Shown here: positions 32,555-39,416 of the stretch, piece by piece
How the letters are laid out: each line of letters starts with the position of its first letter
Numbering within the stretch: the first letter of the stretch is position 1
NCBI GenBank assembly: GCA_902806005.1
Contig: CADCUY010000466.1
Location: forward strand, 1-42,586
Direction: 5' to 3'
DNA: 42,586 bases
Source of the DNA: an uncultured Quadrisphaera sp.
GTDB lineage: Bacteria; Actinomycetota; Actinomycetes; Actinomycetales; Quadrisphaeraceae
The notes under the pieces: model-generated
Seen by the model: only the letters and a program-made list of their open reading frames with translations
Databases searched by the model: none
What the model was told of the DNA's origin: nothing
Translations under genes and position numbers: made by a program

Positions 32555-33184
32555 ATGGCCGACGTGGGATCCCGAGCCGAGGCTGCTGCAGCGACCCGGA
32601 GCGCTCTGGTGCGCGCCGCCTCCGAGCTGCTCGACGAGGGCGGGCCCGACGCGGTGACCCTGCGCGCCGTGGGCGCCCGTGCCGGGGTCTCGCGCGGCGC
32701 GCCGTACGGGCACTTCGACGGCAAGGAGCACCTGCTGACCAGGCTCGCCATCGACGCCTGGAGCGCGCTGGCCGACGAGGTGGAGCAGCTGCGGGCGGCC
32801 TCGGGGGCCACCCCGAGCGCACGGCTCGAGGGGGCCCTGCTGGCGCTGATCGGTGTCGGCCGCAGGCAGCCGCACCGGTACGCGCTGATGTTCAGCACCC
32901 CGGCGGGCGACGCGGAGGCCGCAGCAGCCGCGAGCCGCCTGCAGGACCAGTTCCTCGCCGTCGTCGCCGACGTGGTCGGCGAGTCCGATGCCCGCCGCTA
33001 CGGCGCCCTGCTCATGTCGAGCGCGCACGGCATCGCCGGGCTGGAGATCAGCGGCCACCTGGCGGAGGAGACGTGGGAGGTCGGCGGGGAGGGGCTCGTG
33101 CGCATGCTGGTCGAGGCCGTCTGCTCCGGCGTCGAGGGCACCGGTGCGCGACGGCGGACTGCTGGCGACCGCACCGCCGGCTGA
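32555..33184 (+). CDS. TetR/AcrR family transcriptional regulator
   Basis: MADVGSRAEAAAATRSALVRAASELLDEGGPDAVTLRAVGARAGVSRGAPYGHF. The ATG at 32555 is preferred over the GTG at 32537. Confidence 0.88.
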   Translation: MADVGSRAEAAAATRSALVRAASELLDEGGPDAVTLRAVGARAGVSRGAPYGHFDGKEHLLTRLAIDAWSALADEVEQLRAASGATPSARLEGALLALIGVGRRQPHRYALMFSTPAGDAEAAAAASRLQDQFLAVVADVVGESDARRYGALLMSSAHGIAGLEISGHLAEETWEVGGEGLVRMLVEAVCSGVEGTGARRRTAGDRTAG

Positions 33185-33305
33185 GCTCGTCCGCCGTCCC
33201 GTCCCAGGCGCGGTGCGCGCCCTGGCTGCGCCGCACCACCGGCCAGCACGCCGTGGACGGTGACCGCCTGCCGTCCTCGGCGCCTCCGACGAGGTGACCG
33301 CCCGC

Positions 33306-33905
33306 TCAGTGGCCCGGTCGACGCACTCCCTCGACCAGGAGGTGGACGACCCGGCGCGCGTCGTAGCGGAGGTCGGTGTCGGCTCCGATGCACAGGTTGC
33401 CCACGCCCCGCATGAGCTGGTAGGCGTCCAGGCCGGGTCGGGCTTCGCCCGACGTCGCCGCAGCCTCGAGCAGGCGGGCGCAGACGGGCACGAGGCGGTC
33501 GAGGAAGTGGGCGTGCAGGGCGTCGGCGCTCGCGCTGTCCGAGCGCAGCGCCGCCGCCAGTCCGTGCTTGGTGACGAGGAAGTCGACGAAGAGGTCGACC
33601 CACTGCGCGAGCGACTCGAACGGCGATCCGGCCCCGTCGAGGAGGACCTGGCCGGCCTCGGCGCAGGTCTCCACCTGGTGGCGGTACACGGCCACGACCA
33701 GGTCCGCCCGGGTGGGGAAGTGGCGGTAGACCGTGCCGAGGCCCACCCCCGCGCCGGCCGCGATGTCACGCACCGGCGCCTCCACCCCGGAGGCCACGAA
33801 GGCCGCCGCGGCGGCCTCCAGGAGGGCGGCCCGGGTGCGCTGGGCGTCCACCGGCCTGCGGACGGGCGCCGACGGGGCGTCCACCGGCTCCTCGACCCCT
33901 GTCAC
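33306..33905 (-). CDS. TetR/AcrR family transcriptional regulator
   Basis: RTRAALLEAAAAAFVASGVEAPVRDIAAGAGVGLGTVYRHF. The GTG at 33905 is preceded by CCGGAGGAG 5 nt upstream. Confidence 0.9.
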   Translation of the reverse strand: MTGVEEPVDAPSAPVRRPVDAQRTRAALLEAAAAAFVASGVEAPVRDIAAGAGVGLGTVYRHFPTRADLVVAVYRHQVETCAEAGQVLLDGAGSPFESLAQWVDLFVDFLVTKHGLAAALRSDSASADALHAHFLDRLVPVCARLLEAAATSGEARPGLDAYQLMRGVGNLCIGADTDLRYDARRVVHLLVEGVRRPGH

Positions 33906-33932
33906 GACACTCCTCCGGACCCGGTTGACGTG

Positions 33933-33973
33933 GCGGAACATTGTTCCGTAATGTCCGCGGAACATCGTTCCGT
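33933..33973. promoter_or_regulatory. Tandem 17-bp operators GCGGAACATTGTTCCGT / GCGGAACATCGTTCCGT (each a CGGAACA-N-TGTTCCG palindrome), 24 bp centre to centre
   Basis: Read directly from the sequence. Located between TetR (33905) and the divergent hydrolase gene (34067). Confidence 0.8.
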
Positions 33974-34066
33974 CAGACATGGTGACATGCCGGTCGGTGC
34001 GCTGCGCCCTCAGGCCCGCGCGATCCACCGCGCGTCCAGCCCCGTCCTGCAGCTGGGAGACCCGTC

Positions 34067-35023
34067 ATGAACGAGCTGAGCACCACGACCGCAGGCGCGA
34101 CCGGCGCCTCGCCGGCGACCGTCGTCTCGGTGGGGCCGGTGGTCCTGCCGGCCCCGGACCGCGGCGAGGACCTGCAGGTGCGGGTGTCCGCACCCGTGGC
34201 GGGCCGGGACGACGGACAGCGGCTGCCCGTCATCGTCTTCTCGCACGGCTTCGGCTGGTCGATGGACGCCTACGCCCCGCTGGTCCACCACTGGGCCGCC
34301 CGCGGCTTCGTGGTGGCCCAGCCCACCCACCTCGACTCCAGGACCCTGGCCCTGCCTCCTGATGACCCCCGCACCCCCCTGGTCTGGCGCCACCGGGTGG
34401 CCGACCTCACCCGGGTCCTGGACGGGCTCGACGTCCTGGGGGCCGCCGTCCCGGGACTGCGCGGGCGCCTGGACCTGGGCCGCATCGCCGTCGCCGGGCA
34501 CTCGTGGGGCGGGCAGACGGCCAGCGCGCTGCTCGGCGCCCGCGTCCTGGACGCCGAGGGACTGCCGGGTGAGGACATGTCCGACCCGCGCGTGCGCGCC
34601 GGGGTGCTGCTCTCGACCCCCGGAACGGGCGGAGCCGACCTGACGCCCTTCGCCGCCCAGCACTTCCCCTTCATGAACCCCGGCTTCGCCGACATGACCA
34701 CCCCGACCCTGGTCGTCGCCGGCGACCTCGACCGGTCCCCGCTGTCCGTGCGCGGCCCGGACTGGTTCACCGACCCGCACACCGCGAGCCCCGGCCCCAG
34801 GAGCCTGCTCGTCGTCGTCGGTGCCGAGCACAGCCTCGGCGGGATCGCCGGGCACGACGTCGCCGAGACCACCGACGCCGATCCCGCTCGCGTCGCGCTG
34901 GTCCAGCAGGTCACGACGGCCTACCTCCTGGACGTCCTCGGCGTGGACGGCGCCGCGTGGGCGGGGCTCCGCACCGGCCTGGCCGAGGGCAGTCGTCCTG
35001 GAGGACGGCTCCTGTCCGCATGA
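34067..35023 (+). CDS. Alpha/beta hydrolase (Ser nucleophile GHSWGG; dienelactone hydrolase/chlorophyllase/PAF-AH-like)
   Basis: ORF of 318 aa with VIVFSHGFG and IAVAGHSWGG. GGGAGA lies 6 nt upstream of the ATG. Confidence 0.85.
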   Translation: MNELSTTTAGATGASPATVVSVGPVVLPAPDRGEDLQVRVSAPVAGRDDGQRLPVIVFSHGFGWSMDAYAPLVHHWAARGFVVAQPTHLDSRTLALPPDDPRTPLVWRHRVADLTRVLDGLDVLGAAVPGLRGRLDLGRIAVAGHSWGGQTASALLGARVLDAEGLPGEDMSDPRVRAGVLLSTPGTGGADLTPFAAQHFPFMNPGFADMTTPTLVVAGDLDRSPLSVRGPDWFTDPHTASPGPRSLLVVVGAEHSLGGIAGHDVAETTDADPARVALVQQVTTAYLLDVLGVDGAAWAGLRTGLAEGSRPGGRLLSA

Positions 35024-35067
35024 GTGGCGTCGGTGCAGCGGAGGCGGTCCAGGGGACCCGCCCGGGG

Positions 35068-35143
35068 GCCCGGGCCCTCACGGGAACCGGACCTCGACGA
35101 GGGGGCTGCCTGCGACGGACGCCTCGAGGGGCGCCGGTGGGCC
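35068..35143. repeat. Copy B of the 76-nt repeat: orphan 3' end of an FDOR/DDN-like gene (last ~21 codons, stop, and 10 nt downstream)
   Basis: 73/76 identical to 26342..26417. The minus strand reads GPPAPLEASVAGSPLVEVRFP-stop, against GPPAPLEAFVAGSPLVEVRFS-stop in the intact gene. Confidence 0.9.
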
Positions 35144-35483
35144 CAGACCTCCGTCAGGGCGTTCCCGGTGCGCACCTGCAGCTCGACCGCACCGGTGACG
35201 TCCGTGCGCAGCACCGTGTCGGCGGACTGTCGCTCGAGGAAGCTGCGGGCGGCCGCCTCCCGAGGTCGCGGTCGTCGTAGGTGGCGTCAGCGGCCAGCGG
35301 GGACGTCAGGTGCGCGGCGCGGCCGACCAGGCTCACGTCGGGCACCGGCCCCGGCGGCGCCCGACCAGGCCCCTCGTACCGGCCCTCCAGTCCTCTGAGC
35401 GCTCCAGCACGAACGCCTCGGCGGCGGGGGTGTCCGTGGAGCCGATGCCGTCGGGCCAGCCGTGCTCCAGGGCCGCGGCGCAT
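35078..35483 (-). pseudogene. Decayed, frameshifted ORF of unknown family fused to the orphan FDOR tail
   Basis: Three consecutive minus-strand segments each show near-saturated third-position GC, each in a different frame: AAALEHGWPDGIGSTDTPAAEAFVLERSEDW, then EGRYEGPGRAPPGPVPDVSLVGRAAHLTSPLAADATYDDRDL, then EAAARSFLERQSADTVLRTDVTGAVELQVRTGNALTEV. The FDOR tail follows in a fourth frame. Confidence 0.5.
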
Positions 35484-35510
35484 CGAGGTCGGCGTCGGCC
35501 CGTCGGGCCG

Positions 35511-36464
35511 TCAGCGCGGGTGGGGTGGGTCCGGTGCGATGACCGCGCTGACCTCGGGCGGGAGCAGGCCCCTGAGCTGGTCGCCTCGCAGGGGGACGCC
35601 CAGGAGGCCGAGCTTGGCCATGTTCGTCCGCGCGTGCCGCAGCGGGTCCAGGCGCACGACCTGACCGGCGTCGCGCTGGACGCGGACGCGCACCGCGTCG
35701 CCGCTGCCGGCGGTGGCGACCGCGACCCCGTCGGTCTCGATCACGACCTCGCGCGAGGGAGCCTGCAGGAGGAGGTCGACCTCGTCGCTGTCGGCCAGGA
35801 CGGCGGCCCGGGCGAAGCCCGACATGGGCGCGACCGGGGAGACGACCACTGATCGGGTGGACGGAGAGAGCACCGGCCCTCCCGCCGCGTAGTTGTAGGC
35901 GGTGGAACCGATCGGTGTCGCGACGACGAGGGCGTCGCAGTGGTAGTACCCGTACTCGGCCCCGTCGACCTGCAGCGTCGCCGTGACCGCGGACTCCCCG
36001 CCGCGCCGCGCGAGGACGACGTCGTTGAACGCCACGGCGCCCGCCGCGGCGCCCTCCTCCGGTGCGCCGACGACCACGACGTCCACCCGCAGGCAGGGGA
36101 GGGCCTCCACCTCGAAGGCGTCGCCCACCAACCGGTCCAGCGCTGCCGGCAGCTGGTCGGGCTGGACCTCGACGAGGAAGCCGAGGTTGCCGTGGTTGAC
36201 CCCCAGGACCGGCACGGGCCGGTCCACCAGGGCGCGCATCGCGCCCAGCATGGTGCCGTCCCCGCCGAGGCTGACCACGCCGTCGACCGTCGCGGCGAAC
36301 CGCGAGCCGTCCAGGCCGGCCACACCGGCGTGCTCGACCCCTCGTCCGCCGTCCGGGGCGACGATCTCGACTCCGTGCCTGCGGCACCACTCCACCAGGA
36401 CGTCCAGGGAGGAGCGCACGTCCGCTGCGGGGTGGACGACCACGCCCAGCCGGTAGGTCGCCAC
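35511..36464 (-). CDS. nadK: NAD(+) kinase
   Basis: The C-terminal 317 aa of ORF 35511..37193 carry GGDGTML, VNHGNLGFL and TPIGSTAYNYAAGGP. The start is GTG at 36464 (VATYRLGVVVHP). Confidence 0.9.
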   Translation of the reverse strand: MATYRLGVVVHPAADVRSSLDVLVEWCRRHGVEIVAPDGGRGVEHAGVAGLDGSRFAATVDGVVSLGGDGTMLGAMRALVDRPVPVLGVNHGNLGFLVEVQPDQLPAALDRLVGDAFEVEALPCLRVDVVVVGAPEEGAAAGAVAFNDVVLARRGGESAVTATLQVDGAEYGYYHCDALVVATPIGSTAYNYAAGGPVLSPSTRSVVVSPVAPMSGFARAAVLADSDEVDLLLQAPSREVVIETDGVAVATAGSGDAVRVRVQRDAGQVVRLDPLRHARTNMAKLGLLGVPLRGDQLRGLLPPEVSAVIAPDPPHPR

Positions 36465-36747
36465 TCGCGCATCCTGCCCGACACCGGAGGGCGGCGCCGG
36501 GCACGGCCCCGAGCGCACCACCCCCCGGGACGGACGCGGCAGGCCCCGCACGGTGCCGACGGCCGGGGGAGTGCTCCGACGAGAGCCGCCACCCCCGACC
36601 CGCTGACGCCGACCTCGTGGCCAGGTGCACCTGAGCGTGGGCGCGGTGACCGCCCTTCCCCGCAGGTGCTGCCCGCCCCAGCCCGGGTGCGGCAGCGCCA
36701 GGAGGTCGAGACCGACTCCCTGCTGGGCACGACCCCACCGCGTCCTC

Positions 36748-36783
36748 GCCGCCGCCGGCAGGGCCCCTCCTGACGGCGGCGGC
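36748..36783 (-). terminator. Hairpin GCCGCCGCCG-N16-CGGCGGCGGC immediately downstream of the GNAT stop
   Basis: Read directly from the sequence: a 10-bp perfect stem beginning 5 nt after the stop at 36788..36790. Confidence 0.5.
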
Positions 36784-36787
36784 TCTG

Positions 36788-37332
36788 TCACCAGCCGAGG
36801 GGGCCGTCGTTCCCGGTGGAGGTGGCGGTGGGCCCGTCGGGGCCGGTGCCGGCCATGCGGACGATGACCGCGGCGCCCTGGTCGACGGACTGGACCTGGC
36901 TGCTGATGGGGACGAGGTCGATGGCGGTGAAGCCGGGATCGACGGCGTTGATCCACCGCACCACGCTCCACCCGCGCGCCGTGGCGATCCCGCGCAGCTC
37001 GGCCAGCAGGGCGTCGGCGGCCCCGGAGCCGCGCGCGGAGGGCTCGACGAACAGGTCGTCGAGGTAGCAGCCGGTAGCCGCCGCCAGCGGGCGGGCGAAG
37101 GGCCGGTAGTGGGCCAGCCCGGCGACCCGCCCGTGCTCGTCCTCGACGAGCAGGGCCTCGACCTCGTGGTCGGGGTCGCGGACCCAGGCCCACACCACCT
37201 GCGCCGTCGTCTCGAACTGCTGAGCCCCGTAGAAGTCGGCGTAGCCCCGGTACAGGTCGCGCAGCGCGCGTGGTCGCCCTCGTTGGGTGGGCGCACCCGC
37301 CACCGCGCCGGCCGGTCCTCGGGGGTCGTCAC
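36788..37332 (-). pseudogene. GNAT family N-acetyltransferase with an apparent 1-nt frameshift near 37264..37270
   Basis: The downstream frame gives ALRDLYRGYADFYG...VAGLAHYRPF...CYLDDLFVEPSARGSGAADALLAEL. The expected beta-1 strand (VTTPEDRPARWRVRPPNEGDHAR) has high third-position GC but lies in the adjacent frame. The junction falls in the run cacGCGCGCtgcgcg. Confidence 0.65.
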
Positions 37333-37696
37333 CGGGGCACCGCAGGCGCTCTCGCCACCAGGGCTCCCGGGTGGAGCCGCCACCTGGGCCGGTGCCCGGC
37401 AGCGTCAGCCGGGTGAGGCGGTCCCCGCCGACCGGTACGACGTCGACCGCTGCTCCGCCGACCGGGCGGGGCCCGCCGAGGCTCGCCGCGACCACGGGGA
37501 CCGCCAGCGTCCGGTCCGTGCGCCGGCCGGTCACGGACCATGGCGTCGGGGTGCCGCGGCGGAACCGTCGGACCCTTCCGAGCCACGAGCGGGACCTGTC
37601 GGCTGTGCGTCCCGCCAGCCGTTCCCGCAGCGGGACGTCATCGCGACGACGGCGACGTCACCCTGCGCTGGCTCAGCGCGGCGCTAGCGTCCGGCC

Positions 37697-38020
37697 ATGA
37701 GCTTGACCGTCGTCATGGTCGCGGACATCCCGACCGGAGCCGAGGCGGGCTTCCAGGCCTACGAGTCCGCCGTGCTCCCCCTCCTCCCGCGTCACGGCGG
37801 TCGCCTCGAGCGACGCCTGCGCACGGGCGATGCACTCACCGAGGTGCACATCGTCTCCTTCGCGTCCCAGGAGGGCTTCGACTCGTACCTGGCCGATCCG
37901 GAGCGCCAGTCGCACAGGGGGTTGGTGGACGGCCTCGACGTCGTCCAGCGCGTGCTCCTGGTCGACGACGTGCAGACGCCGAGAAGGCCCACCGACGGGC
38001 TCGCCGTCGCGGACTGGTGA
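37697..38020 (+). CDS. DUF1330-like small alpha/beta-barrel protein
   Basis: ORF of 107 aa. The pattern F.AYE..V.PLL.RHGGRL.RR....TEVHIVSF.S.EGFD.Y..DPER matches my recollection of DUF1330. No clear Shine-Dalgarno is present. Confidence 0.55.
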   Translation: MSLTVVMVADIPTGAEAGFQAYESAVLPLLPRHGGRLERRLRTGDALTEVHIVSFASQEGFDSYLADPERQSHRGLVDGLDVVQRVLLVDDVQTPRRPTDGLAVADW

Positions 38021-38041
38021 AGCCGGGGCGGTGGCGGACGG

Positions 38042-38260
38042 TCACGCTGGACCGAAGCCCTCCGGGTCCTGCACCCGGCCCGGTGGGCCAGGACGAGGCG
38101 AAGGATGACGGGGGAGGACCTTCGTGGTCCCGGGGACGGGGCTGGCGCCGCCGTGAAGGAGGTCGATCCGGGTATCGACGATCACCAACGCCGACCGGTG
38201 CGACTGCGCAGCGGTGTGCGGGTCCACGTCGGCCGAAGAGGCGGCTGAGGCACTGCCCAC
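38042..38260 (-). pseudogene. N-terminal stub resembling nicotinamidase/isochorismatase family (PncA-like)
   Basis: SALVIVDTRIDLLHGGASPVPGTTKVL compares with the PncA-type RALIIVDVQNDFCEGGSLAVTGG. Third-position GC is high only over this ~40-codon stretch and then collapses. The QNDF motif is degenerate. Confidence 0.35.
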
Positions 38261-38290
38261 GTGCCCCCGTCCATCGCGGTCACCGGCCGG

Positions 38291-39037
38291 TCAGGGGGGT
38301 GGGAGGGTGACGCCGAACCCCCGGAGCGCCACCCGCAGCAGCACCGGGCCCGGCCGGAGGAGGTCGGCCACCCGGGCCGAGGTCAGTGCGTCCAGGTCAG
38401 CGATGCGGCGCTCGGCGGCGTCGGTGCCGCGCAGGCGCGCCTCGTGGAGGGCGACGGTGTTGTGCCAGACGCGGCGTCGGGACTCGACGAGGAAGCGTCG
38501 GGTGGCGAACCGGTCGACCGGGCCCAGGACCGCGCGCAACCACGTCCGCGGCGTGCCGTGCGACTCCATCTCGCGGCCCTCGGCGCCGACCCGCGAGGCG
38601 AGCACCGCGTCCAGTCGCTCATGATCGCGCCGCCGCCGCTCGAGCAGTCCCTGGTCGGCGAAGCTGGCTGGGTCGATGACCTGCACCGTGGCCTGTGGCA
38701 GGTCGAAGTTGATGTGGGCGTTCATCCCCAGGAGCACGTGGAGCACCGGTGGCAGGTCCGGGTCGGCGTCGAAGGCGATCCGCCACGGTCGCGGGACCGC
38801 GCGCGGCTCCTCCTCCTGGTGGGCGGTCAGCGCGCGCAGGTACAGGTCGGCGAAGGCGACGTCCCACTCCTCGACCCACGGCGCGTCCTCGAAGGTGCCG
38901 CGGTCCAGGGAGGCACCGACCGCTCGAGTCGTGCGCAGGTAGGTGCCGAGGAAGAACCGGGCCGGGTCCCCGGCGCGCTCGAGCTCGACGAGCAGCTCCT
39001 CCATGCGTCCCACGAGGGCCCGCACCCCGTCGCCCAC
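38291..39037 (-). CDS. DUF5995-like hypothetical protein
   Basis: ORF of 248 aa with FFLGTYLRTTRAV...LLGMNAHINFDLPQA...FLVESRRRVW. The family assignment is from memory of conserved motifs. Confidence 0.65.
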   Translation of the reverse strand: MGDGVRALVGRMEELLVELERAGDPARFFLGTYLRTTRAVGASLDRGTFEDAPWVEEWDVAFADLYLRALTAHQEEEPRAVPRPWRIAFDADPDLPPVLHVLLGMNAHINFDLPQATVQVIDPASFADQGLLERRRRDHERLDAVLASRVGAEGREMESHGTPRTWLRAVLGPVDRFATRRFLVESRRRVWHNTVALHEARLRGTDAAERRIADLDALTSARVADLLRPGPVLLRVALRGFGVTLPPP

Positions 39038-39245
39038 CAGCGACCTCCTCGATCGGTGCGAACGTCCGGCGGCACATCCGCCACAGGGCCGTCACAGTCG
39101 TGTCGGCGACCCTACGACGATCGTCCCTCGCCCTGGCGGCGCCCCGGCCCCCCTGGCAGGTGCTCCTCCTGCCTGACGGGGTCGGTCGAGGAGGACCCGA
39201 TGGCCGTCAGGCCTCGATGACGAGGGCGCTGGGTCGAACGGACTG

Positions 39246-39416
39246 TCAGTCGTGGGCGCCCTGACACTGCAGTCGGAGGCTCGCCGTGGGGACGGGGGAG
39301 GAGCGGTGCGCGATGCCGAGCGCCGCCTGGCGCTCCTCGACGCCGCGCAGGTCGTTCACGCGCGCGCCACGGACGACGATCGAGCGGGTGTGCTCGCCCG
39401 GGCCTGCCGCGCTCAC
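39246..39416 (-). pseudogene. UvrA-like (excinuclease ABC subunit A paralog) N-terminal stub, about 56 codons
   Basis: VSAAGPGEHTRSIVVRGARVNDLRGVE matches the UvrA N-terminal consensus I.VRGAR.HNLK.V. No Walker A follows, and the frame ends after 56 codons. The GTG at 39416 overlaps the MFS stop (GTGA). Confidence 0.5.

Noticed and set aside
19406-33973. Whether the repeated short palindromes could form a CRISPR-like or MITE-like repeat family.
   Set aside because: Each motif has a different sequence, occurs only twice, and sits in a regulator's own divergent promoter. This fits operators, not arrays or mobile elements.
35146-35230. Local similarity RTG(N/D)ALTEV between the decayed ORF and the DUF1330-like protein at 37697..38020, suggesting they are paralogs.
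   Set aside because: Only about 9 residues match, the codons differ, and flanking residues do not align. This could be chance.
37333-37534. A GC3-rich minus-strand frame upstream of the GNAT (RTLAVPVVAASLGGPRPVGGAAVDVVPVGGDRLTRL) faintly recalls a MOSC N-terminal beta-barrel.
   Set aside because: The key YPxKS and DRxW residues are not preserved, and there is no independent start or stop. It is too weak to call.
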